The notes beneath the pieces are model-generated. The model saw only the letters and a list, made by a program, of their open reading frames with translations, ran no database searches and had not been told where the DNA came from. This document shows positions 36,151 through 48,100 of a stretch of 64,000 bases of DNA, one piece after another; position 1 is the first letter of the stretch, and every line of letters begins with the position of its first letter. This DNA is from Mobula birostris (lineage: Eukaryota), in assembly GCF_030028105.1 (NCBI RefSeq), contig NC_092381.1, forward strand, positions 28,561,550 to 28,625,549. The letters are read 5' to 3'. The translations under genes and the position numbers were made by a program.

Positions 36151-39100
36151 CAAAAGCACAGTTAATAGGAGTAATCCAGGATCCCATTACAAAACAAAAG
36201 GTCTGTCTTGAAGGAACTGTGTTGGCCTCTGTACTGATGGTCTCCCATCAGTGGTTGGTTCCATGAGGTTTCATTTCTCATGTTTTAAAAAAGGGAGAAA
36301 ATCCGACATTGTCACAACACACTGCTTTCTTCACAGAGAGGTACTCTTGGAGCTGTAATGAGAAAAGTCCTAGATGATGCCTCAAAAGTAGTTAACTTTA
36401 TTAAAGAAAGACCAGATCACTGGAGAATGATTTAAAATAACTGTGTGAAATACTAGATGAAGTCCACATCAGTTCCTGCTACAAACAGAAATCCGGTGGC
36501 TAAGCAGAGGAAAAGTTCTCAACAGGGTGTTTGAGCTGAAAGGTGAATTGCAGGAGAACTTTCAAGAAAATAATTGAAGATGATGAATTGTCTACTTAAC
36601 ACATTTTTCATCATATGAGCCAGTTGAACAAGTTTCTGCAAGACCCTGGAGAAAATGTTTTGACTCAAGTGACAAGATTCTTGGATTTAAAAGGAAACTG
36701 AATCTTTGGGAAAAATCATGTTGCAGAAGGAAATCTGCTGGTTGGGCTTGAGAGTAAGTAAGGATATCAGAAAGTCTCGAGTCATATTGAAAACCACCTA
36801 GAAGAACTGCAGAACAAAATTGAACAATATTTTTCCTTCCTGTCAATGCAAGTGTATGACTGGGTGAGGGACCCTATCCCTGAATCTTCTGCTCAGCCTG
36901 AGAACTTGAATTAGAAAGAAGAGGAAGAACTTTGTGAGGTGCATTCTAATTGTCCACTCAAGATGAGATTTACTGACCTGCCCCTGGCCATGTTCTAGAT
37001 TTCTATGAAAGGGGAGTATTCTGCCATTCATACGAAAGCAGCAAACACTATACTGCAATTTTCAATTTCCTATATGTGTGAGCAAGCTTTTTCTTGTTTA
37101 ACAAGCATCAAGCAAAGATAGAAATTGTCTCACTTCAATTGCAGGCGAAATCCATGTGTGCTTATTATATTTGTCTTATGAGTTTTTAAAATTTATGAAA
37201 GGGAAAGAAAGATTTTTTTCAAGAAAGGTTGACTAAAAATTCATTCCCTACTCAAAAGAGCAATGACAATTATTTTTTCATTGTTATATATACAACGTAC
37301 TGATCACACTGTGATCATACTGTGAGCTGAAGATATAACATTTTTTTTTATGCAGGGGTTCCCTGTGACCTGAAAATTATCTCAAGGGTTCCTCCAGAGA
37401 AAGGCTGCTCTAGAGTATCCATATATCTCTCTGCAGCGTGACATTCCCCTGTTCTTTACTGCAGTGTTACAAAGCCATTTCACTATTTCCTACAATGCTG
37501 TAGAAGAAACAATATATCAGTGGATAAGGATAATGCTGGTACAGGGGTATTCCAGTGCTTTATGTCAAGAGTGCATGTAAAACTAACCTAGGTAATTGTC
37601 TGAAATAACTGTACTGAATTTAATAATGCACAACAGATCAGAATGTGTTAACAATCTGATAGTGGGATATATTACATCCCTCTGCTGCAGGGTCCTGATG
37701 CAGGATTTAAGTCCATAAGACATGAGAGTGGAACTGGGTCATTCATCCCATCAAGAGAATTGAGACGCAGCCTCAGAATGGAAAGTTGTCCCTTTAGAAC
37801 AGGGATGAGAAGGAATTGATTTAGCCTGAGGGTGCTGAATCCGTGGAATTTATTTATAGATGGCTATGGAGGGCAGGTGATTGGGTGTTTTCAAGTGGAG
37901 GTTCAAGGGCATCAAAAGATATGGGGAGAAGGCAAGAGAATGAGGTTGAGCAGGATAATATATCAGCCATGATGGAATGGCATAACAGGTTCGATGGGAC
38001 AAATGGCCTAATTCTGCTCCTATTCCTTATGAATGATATTAATATCTAATTTGAAACCCCACAAATTGGTTAACTTCTAACTGTACTTGCTAGAAATCTA
38101 TTATCTCAATGTTCTCTTTTCTACCAGGTTGGTGAATGGTTTGAAGCAATGTTTTCTTACCTCAAAGTCCTTCCCCGTTACCTTATTCCATGCTACTTTG
38201 ATGCAATCCTCATAGGAGCTTACTCAGTTATCATGGATATAACTTGGGACCGAATGTCTAGGTGAGTATTGTTAACAGAGCAAAAAATACATCAACATGT
38301 AAAGGTAACACTGCTATGCAAGTATACTTCATGTCAAAAGTCTGCACATAAAAATAACCTAGATCTGTACCAGCTCTGCTGGATTTAATAATGCATCACT
38401 CAAGAATTTGTTAACATCTCACAATGGAGAATATTGCCTAAGTAGAGATTAAGATGTTAAATTTGATACCAGGTTTCAGAGGGAGATTAGAGAGGGTCAT
38501 GAATCAAGCTTTGAAGTTTAAATCAATTTAAGAAGACAAAATGGACTTGGCTTATAATCAGTAAAACAAGCAAAGACAGAAAGTGAGATTAGAGGGGTTT
38601 GTGGAAGAGATATTATTACCATATTGTTTTTTTTTCCACTCTCTTTGTAAAACCTCACATAGCAGCTGCGATGAGCATCATCATGTGAGACATCGTGATC
38701 AAATGGAGCAGAACTAGCAAACCATCTGCATCATTGATGTGCCATAAAGATGCAGACATCTTCATCGTCCTTCCCTCTTATTCACACCCTTCCACCCCTA
38801 TCTTGTCTTGTGTGACTGATTATGTACTCAGTACAAGACTATTTTCCCGGTGTAATGACATGATGTTGAGATGTTTGGAGGAGTACTGGGATCTTGAAGC
38901 ACATGCCATCAACATCCTAGCAGTCTCCATTGAGCAGCATTTCAACTGGACTAATCAGATAAATATGAGAGCAGTCTCCTGCAACAATGACTTACCTTCT
39001 AAATCACGCAAAGCCATTTCATCACCTTGGAGGCATGAGCCATAAATGTGATGGAATACTCTTGGTAAGCCAAAATCACTGCAGCTCTTAAGTAGATTGA

Positions 39101-42100
39101 AGCTCAACACTATCCAGAACAAAGTGGCCTGCTTTGTTGGTACTCCATCCTCCACCCTCAACCCTAATTATTCCTTTCCTCCATCACCAGCTCACAGAAG
39201 AGGCAAGCTGGGATGATAAGGGATTTGTTGGGGGAACAGAAAAGGGGTTCTGTGGATGAGAACGAGGTTCCTGGATTGGATATTGCCACCCAGGTGCCGG
39301 GGTCTGGGGTATTTCAGATAGAGTCCTCAGCATTCTTAAGTGGGAGGGTGGAAAAGGTCATGGTCTATGTAGGAACCAATGACATAGGTAGCAAAAGTGA
39401 TGAGGCTCTGCAAAGTCAGTTCAGGGAGTTAGGTGCTAAGTTAAAGGGCAGGACCTCGAGGGCCATGATCTCAGTATTGCTACCCATGCTACATGCTAGT
39501 GAGGCCAGAAACGCAAAGTTTATATAGTTTTGCAGAATCTCGTCACTCTTCTACCTATATAATCAGTTTCTACTTGGACCATGACCTCTGGCTATCCACT
39601 ATCCCACTTAAGAGTGCTGAGGACTCGATCTGGGATAGCTAAGGAGTTGGTGTAGGAGAGAGGGCATCAAATTTTTGGATCATCGTGCTCTTGTCCAGGG
39701 AAGGTGGGATGTACAGAAGAGACAGTTTGCACTTGCACTGGAGGGGGACTAATATCATACTGGGAAAGTTTGCTAGTGCTGCATGGGTTGGGGGGGTGGG
39801 GGAGGGAGGGAGTAGGTTTAAACAAGAGTTGCAGGGGGATTTGAACCAGAGTGCCAGAACAGGTTGTGGAGACAAATGTTGTTAAGGTCTCAGACAAAGA
39901 TGGGAATCAAAAGGTTGAGCATGCTGCAGCAAATGTCCTGAGCTGTGTATATTTCAATGCAAGAAATATCTTAGGAAAGGCAGATGAGCTCTGGACATGG
40001 ATCAACATGGGATTATAATACTGTACTTACTAGTGAGATGAGTGCAGGAGGGGCAAGACTGACAGTTCAGTGTTTTAGGGTTCAGTTGTTTTAGAGTCGA
40101 TAGAACAGGAGGGATTAAAGGAAGACTGGTGGAATTACTGGTCAGGAAAAATGTTGCGGCAGTGCTCCATCAGGACAGACCAGAGAACTTGATTAGTGAG
40201 GTGTTAAGAATGAAACTGAGAAATAAGAAAGGTATGACCACGTCAATGGGTCTATATTACAGATCATCCAACCATCCTAAGGATTTAGAGGAACAAATCT
40301 GTAATGAGATCGTAGACCATTGCAAGAAACTTCAGGTTGTTATAGTAGGTAATTCTGACTTTCCATATAATGACATACGGTAAAAGGACTAGATGAGACA
40401 GAGTTTGTCAAAGTTCCCTGAATCATTATGTAGAAGTGCCAATGAAAGAGTGTGCATTTCTTGATCTGCTATTAGGGAATGAGGCAGGGCAGGTGACATA
40501 AGTTTGCATAGGGAGACACTTTGCATTTAGTGTTTACAATGCCATTAGTTTCAAAGTAAATATGCAAAAAGATACACCTGGTCTGCAGGTTAGGATTCAA
40601 AATTAGAAAGAGACCAATTTTGATGGTATCAGAAAAAGAACTGGCAGGTGTGAATTGGGACAGCCTGTTTTCCGTCAAAGGTGTACTTGATAAGTGGGAG
40701 GCCTTCAAAGGTGAAATTTTGAGAGTACAAAGCTTAAGAGGTAAAAATAACAGGTTTAGGGAACGTTGGTTTTCAAGAGATATTGATGTCCGGTTAAGAA
40801 AAAAAAAAGAGGTGCACAGCAGGTATAGGCAGGTAGGACCAAATGAGGTACTTATGGAGTATAAGAAATGCAAGAGAATACTTAACAAAGCAATCAGGAA
40901 GGCTAAAAGAAGGTATGACGTTGCCAGAGCAGACAAGGTGAAGGAGAATCCTAAGGAATTCTACACATGTTAAGAGCAAAAGGATTACAAGGAACAAAAT
41001 TGATCCTCTGGAAGATTAGAATGGTAATGCGTGTGTGGAGCCAAAAGAGATTGGGGAGATCATAAATCAATTTTTTGCATCTATGTTTGCTTGGGAGACA
41101 GACACAGAAGTGAGGCAAAGTGGCAGTGAGGTCTTGGACCTTATACAGATTACAGAGGAGGGGGCAATTTAGGGTAGATAAATCGCCAGGGCCTGACAAG
41201 GTGATCCCTTGAACCTGCAGGAGGCAAGTGCAGAAATTGCAGGGGCTCTAGCAGTGATATTTAAATCATCTTTAGCAACAGAAGAGGTACCAGAGGATTG
41301 GAGATTAAGTAATGTTGTTCCACTGCTTAAAAAAGGCCCTAAAGATAAACCAGGAAATTATAGGCTGTATCAGTAGTGAGAAAGTTATTGGAATGAACTC
41401 TTAAGAGTATTTGTGTATCTGCATAGATACAGACTGATTAGGGTATGGCTTCGAGCATGGGAGGTCATGTCAAGGAGGTTACCTGGAAAGTTGATGGAGG
41501 CAAGGCATTGGATGTTGTCTACATGGACTTTAGTAAGGCATTTGACAAGATCCCACATGGAAGGTTGGTCAAGCAGGTTCAGTTATTTGGCATGCAAGAT
41601 GAGGTAGTGAATTGATTTAAACATTGGCTTTGTGGGAGAAGCCAGGGAGTGGGAGTAGATGGTTCCCTCTCCACTGTGACCAGTGGAGTTCCATGGGAAT
41701 TGGTGTTGGGTCTGATGTTGTTTGTCATCTATAATCAATAATCTGGATGATAATGTGGTTAAATGGATTGACAGATTTGCGGATGATGCCAAGATTTGGG
41801 GTATAGTGGAAGAATATCAGAGCTTGCAACTGGATCTGGATCAGCTGGAAAAAGTGCAGATGGAATTTAATGCAGATAAGCACAAGGTGTTGCATTTCAG
41901 TAGGAGCAACCAGGGTGGGTCTTACACAGTGAATGTTAGGACACTGAGGAATATTGTGGAACAAAGGGATCTAGGAATGCAGGTACATAATTCATTGAAA
42001 GTAGATGGTGTCGTAAAGAAAGCTTTTGGTACATTGGCCTTCATAAATCAAAGTATTGAGTATAGGAGATGGGATGTTACGTTGAAGTTGTTTAAGATGT

Positions 42101-45100
42101 TGTTGAGGCTGAATTTGGAGCATTGTGTGCAGTTTTCGTCACCTATCCACAGGAAAGAAGTAAACAAGGTAGGAAGAGTGCAGAGAAAATTTACAAGGAT
42201 GTTGCTGAGATGGGAGGACCTGAGTTATGAGGAAAGATTGAATAAGATTGATTCATAAGACCATAAGATATAGGAATAGAATTAGGCCTTTCGGCCCATC
42301 AGGTCTGCTCTGGCATTTCATCATGGCTGATCCAATTTTCCTTTCAGCCCCAATCTACTGTCTTCTCCCCGTATCCATTCATGCCCTGACTGATCAAGAA
42401 TTTATCAATCTTCGCCTTAAATATACATAAAGACTTGGCCTCCACAGCTGCAAAGAACTCCACAGATTCACCACCCTCTGGCTAAAGAAATTCCTCCTCA
42501 TCTCCATTCTAAAAGGACGACCCTCTATTCTGAGGCTGTAGCTTCTGGTCATAGACAATCCCTCCATAGGAAACACCCTCTTCACATCCACTCCATCTAG
42601 GCCTTTCACCATTCGATAGGTTTCAATGAGGTCTCCTCTCATTCTTCTGAATTCCAGTAAATACAGGCCCAGAGCCATCAAACACTCTTCATATGACAAG
42701 CCATTCAATCTTTGAATCATTTTCGTGAACCTTCTTTGAACCCTCTCCAGTTTCAGCATATCCCTTCTAAGATAAGGGACCCAGACCTCCAAGTGAGGCC
42801 TCACCAGGGCTTGATAAAGGTTCAACATTACATCCTTGCTTTTATATTCTAGTCCTCTTGAAATGAATGCTAACATTGCATTTACCTTCCTCACCACAGA
42901 ATCAAATTAACATTTAGGGAATCCTGCATAAGGACTCCCAAGTCCCTTTGTGTTTCAGTTTTTTGTATTTTCTCTCCATTTCGAAAATAGTCAACCCTTT
43001 CATTTCATTTCAAATTACATGACTATACACTTCCCAACACTGTATTCCATCTGCCATTTCTTTGTCGTCTCCTAATCTGTCTAAGTCTTTCTGTAGCCTC
43101 TCTACTTCCTCAAAACTACCTGCCCCTCCACCTATCTTCATTTCATCTGCAAACTTTGCAACAAAGTCAACAACTTTATCATCCAAATCTTTGACATATC
43201 ACATAAAAAGAATTGATCCCAACTCAGACCCCTGTGTAACAGCACTAGTCACCAGCAGCCAGTCAGAAAAGGCTCCCTTTAATCCCACTCTTTGCCCCCT
43301 GACTATTAGCCACTGCTTTATTTATGCTACAATCTTTCCTGTGATACCATGGGCTCGTAGCTTGTTAAGCAGCCTTATGCATGGCACCTTGTCAAAGGCC
43401 TTCTGAAAATCCAGGTACACAAGATCAACTGATTCTCTTTGTCTATCCTGCTTGTTATGTCTTCAAAGAATTACAACTGATTTGCCAGGCAAGATTTTCC
43501 CCTAAGGAAACCATGCTGACTACGGCCTATTTTACCATGTGTCTCCAAGTACCCTGAGACCCCATCCTTAATAATCAACTCCAACGTCTTCCCAACCACT
43601 GACGTCAGACTACTAGCCTATGGTTTCCTTTCTTCTGCCTCTTTCCCTTCTTGAACATCTGGCACTCAGAAGGCAACTTGCCATCTGGGAATCTCGTTCT
43701 CAACTACAGAACCTCTTGTCCATTCCCCTAACTAATGAATCCCCTATCACCACAGCGTGTATCTTCTTCCTCCTTCCTGTCTGAGTCACAGAGGCAGACT
43801 CAGTGCCAGAGACTCTACCATTGTGACTTTTTCTGTTAGGTCATTCCCACCAACAGTATCCGAAGTGTTATACCTGTTGTTGAGGGGAATAGCTACAGGT
43901 ACACTCTGCACTGGCTCCTTAACCCCTTTCTGCTTACTATCACCCAGTTTCCTGTGTCCTGCACCTTGAGTGTAACTACCTCTCTATATGTCCTATCTAT
44001 CAGTCCTTCAGCCTCCTCAATTATCTGGAGTTCATCCAGTTCCAGCTCCAACTCCTTAATGCTGTTTGTTAGAAGCTGCAGCTGAATGCATTTCTCGCAG
44101 TTGTAGTCGTCAGGGGTACTGGAGGTCTCCCTGCCTTTCCCACATCCCACAAGAGGAGCATTACACTATCCTCACTGTCATCTCTACCTAGTTGAGCAGA
44201 TGTAAAGAAGAGAAGAAAAAAAAATAAACTTGAGCTTTTCTTTCCCTGAGTGAAGCCTCAAAGAGCTAAAACCTTAGGATCACCACTCTGACTATGTACA
44301 CTCCTTGGAATATAGAAGATTGAGGGGAGATTTGATAGAGGTATACAACTTTATGAGAGATATAGATAGGGTAAGAACAAGCAAACTTTTTCCACTGAGG
44401 TTGGGTGGGACTACAGTCAGAGGTCATGGGTTAAGGGTGAAAGGTGAGAAGTTTAAGGGGAACATGAGAGTATCGTGAGAGTGTGGAATGAGCTGCTAGC
44501 ACAGGTGGAGCATGCAAGCTCAATTTCAACGTTTAAGAGAAGCTTGGATAGGGGCCTGGATGATAAGACTACCAGTGGCTATGGTCCTGGTGTAGGTCAT
44601 TGGGAGTAAGCAGTTTAAATAGTTTGGCATGGACTAGAAGGGCTGAAGAGCCTTTTTCTGTGCTGTATTTTTCTATGACTCTATAAGACTCCTCATTGCC
44701 TCTGAACATGATTTACAGCTGAATTACTATCCTCTCTTTATCACTGGGTCTAAATCTTAGAACTACTTCCCCAACAGCATTATGGGCTTACCTTTACCAG
44801 TGAGAAGACAGCTCGGTTTGAGAAGAGCAGTAGGGACGGATAATAAACATAGGCTTTACTAATAAAACCCAGATCCCAAAAATGAATAAAGAAATATGGT
44901 GGGGTATGTGAAATTATGCCTATCTGGTGTTTGCAGGTGCACTAAGTTAGAGATAACCTTGTAACACTGTTTAGAAATGGACCAAAAGTGCAAATCAAAA
45001 GGATAAAAATCCTTTATAAATGCTTTAAAAAGCTGAGGCTTTATAAGGCATTGGTCAGACTGCATTTGCAGTTTTCGACCAGTTTTAGCCCCGTTATCTT

Positions 45101-48100
45101 AAAAGGGTTGTGCTGGCTTTAGAGAACATCTAGAGGAGATTCACAAGAATTATTCCAAGAATGAAAGGTTTAACTTGAGCATTTGATGGCTCTGAGCCTG
45201 TACTCATTTAGATTATGAAGACACGCAGTCCTCTTTTATTGTCATTTAGTAATGCATGCATTAAGAAATGATACAATATTTCCTCCGGTGTGATATCACA
45301 AAACACAGGACAGACCAAGACTGAAAAAAACTAACAAAACCACACAATTATAACATATAGTTACAACAGTGCAACATGCCATGACTTGATGAAGAAGTCC
45401 ATGAGCACAGTAAAAAGTTCAAAGTTTCTCAAATGTCCCACATCTCACGCAGACGGGAGAAGGAAGAAAAACTCTCCCTGCCATGCCCGACCACGGTCCG
45501 ACTCTGAGTCATCCGAAAACTTCGAGCCTCCGATCAGCTCTCTGACACCGAGTACCGAGCGCCATCTCTATCCGAACGATTCGACCTCAATCTTGGTCGC
45601 CAACAGCAGACAAAGCCAGGGGTTTTGAGGCCTTCCCTCTGAAAGATTCCCGATCACGCAGTAACAACAGCAGCGAACTGGCGTTTCAGAAATTTCTCCA
45701 GATGTTCCTCTGTGCTTTCACGTCTGTCTCCATCAAATCAGAATTGTCCATGGCCCCTATTTAACGGATACAATATCATTTTTCACCGGAGGGCTGCGCA
45801 CGCGCGGCGCGCTGCTCTCTCTCCTCCCGCATGAAGGGGGATCTCATTGAAACCTATTGAATATTAAACCTAGATAGAGTGGATGTGGAGAGAATATTTT
45901 CTATAGTGGGGGGTCCTTAGGGTCAAAGGGCACAGCCTCAGGATAGGGCGGGTCCATTTAGAACAGAGATGAGGAATCTCTTTAGTCAGAGGATAATGAA
46001 TCATTGCCACAGGTGACTAAGTCATTGGGTATATTTGAAGCAGAGGTTGAGAGGTTCTTAATTTGGAAGGGTGTCAAAGATTATAGGGGTGAAGACAGGA
46101 GAATGGGTTGAAAGGGACAATAAGTCAGCCATGATGGAGTGGCAGAGCAGACTAGATGGGCCAAATAGCCTAATTGTGCTCCAATTTTTTATGGTCTTCA
46201 ATATTTTTCCATGACTAATGAGATATAATTATTTCCATTGGATTACCATTCAAAATTTAGTTGGTTAATCCTCAAATATGTCTATCTTTTACAATAATTC
46301 AATGCGTAAGCCTGGGACATTTAAAGCAAAATGGGTAAGTGAATGATTATTAGTAAAGAAATTGTAATTGTTAGTTCTCTGATTTCTACTTTTGTAATTT
46401 TCTCTTAGCTTTGTGCAGAATGGCTCAACATTTGTGAAGCAACTTGCTATGGCTTCACTGCAGATGTGTGGAATCGGCCGATTTCCTGTACTTCCACAAC
46501 TGTCATCTTCCCTGAAAAATGTTCCCTATAGATCAAATTATATAACTGGTGAGAAAGAACAGTGCTGTGTTTCCTTAGCAGCTGGTAAGTTAGCAAAAAT
46601 TAAATGTTTTGGTTCTAAACACGTTTCACAAAAACATACCCAAAGTTGCAGTTCTGGGGGTGGGGGGGGGGGAAGTCAATAAAGCTGAAAAAGTTCCCTA
46701 TTTTCTTCAAAACCTTTTCTTTTGAAAGCAAGGTCATGATTCATAAATTAAATGTAAGATATTGCTATACATCTTGAACCATTACATATATTTGGTCTTC
46801 TACTGTCTATAACAGGAGTTCCAACCTTCCTTATACCATGAACCAATACCAATAAGCAAGGCATCCATGAACCCTGGTAGGGAACCCCTGCTCCATACCA
46901 AGATTATTCAAATTTTGCAAACTGACATTGTGACCAGAATATCTTTTGACTCTATAATGCACCTTTGGTTTTAATAGAAGTCTTCATTGCATCAACTTGT
47001 ATAAGGTGCAGGATTTATCACTTACCAAGGAAGACTTTCCCAATATTGTAGAATAAAGTTCATTTACATTGCTAAGCCAAAAAACTATTGTGCCATTTCA
47101 GTGTTCAATTCCATCTCCTCTGATAAGGGTTTTCTTGTTTGCTATTAAGGGCTGCCGCATTTTGGTTCTGGCTTATTCCGCTGTTGGGGTAGAGATACTT
47201 TCATTTCTCTCAGAGGACTACTACTAGTCACAGGACGTACCATAGAAGCTAGGTAAGAAGAAATGATGTCCCGGAATCCTAGGTGATGGCAATACTGAAG
47301 AGGTTATTTTTCATGTTTTCCTGTGTCATTGGTAAAGAACCATCTCTACTTTAAACTCATTCCTCCTTTTTATGTCGCCAGAAATGGGTCTTCTGATCAT
47401 GTTGGTCTTTCTTTCCCTTCTAAGTTTTGTTCTGCATATTCTCTCATTCTCTGTACTGTAGACATTGAGTCAGCAAACATTTCTTATAAAAATTCTTAAC
47501 CACACTGTGATTGCAACGATAATCAATCTCCTGATGCTGTGAGTCAGATATTAAACCTGCATGTGATAGAAGTATACAATTATGTCATTTTGGCCTGTTT
47601 GAACTCAGAGATGACTTGGGTTAAAAGGAAAACAAAGTGTTGGAAACCGTCTGTAATCCGGGTAGTGTTTTTCCAGAGAACATTTGAAGTCTGGCGCAAT
47701 TTAAAATGGTCAATAAAGACTGTAGATGGAAAACATTTTTTTACAATGTTATCACTTGGCATTCAAATAGAAAAATAAATTAATGAATGCAAGCATAATT
47801 CTGAAATTAAGCACATTAGTATCTTACAAAAAGTAAATTATTTCAGAGTGACTAAAATTTAGTGGATTTGATATACTATACTGTTAATACTGTTGGGAAA
47901 TCAAGTTTAAAGCTAAAATTATTAACAGAAAAGCACATTGCCCAGATTACATCGGAAGTGGTGAGAACTCTCTTATTGTCCATTCCCAATTTTCTACTGG
48001 GGTATATTCATGAAGGAATTGCAAGCCATACTATTTGATTGACCTCTTGATTCTCTTTGTTGGGTTTGAGATTTTCATAATAAGAACATTCTTTGGATTT

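Larger units (their letters stand above)
30046..36191 (-). mobile_element. Gmr1-type Ty3/Gypsy LTR retrotransposon (gag-INT-RT-RH order), defective
   Basis: Two TG..CA LTRs; 4-bp TSD aaat/aaac; PBS; PPT. Gag-like ORFs 34738..35193 and 34050..34709, integrase 32996..33589 and 32720..32965, RT/RNaseH 31292..32452. Confidence 0.92.
29163..37407 (+). mobile_element. hAT-Charlie/Buster (ZBED5/SCAND3-like transposase) DNA transposon, decayed, interrupted by a Gypsy element
   Basis: Perfect 8-bp TSD CTCTAGAG (29155..29162 and 37408..37415); TIRs catcctttctc / gagaaaggctg. Remnants [39 protein letters not shown]. Confidence 0.9.

Noticed and set aside
30046-36191. Endogenous retrovirus
   Set aside because: No env-like ORF; RT/RH motifs are Gypsy-type and the integrase precedes RT.
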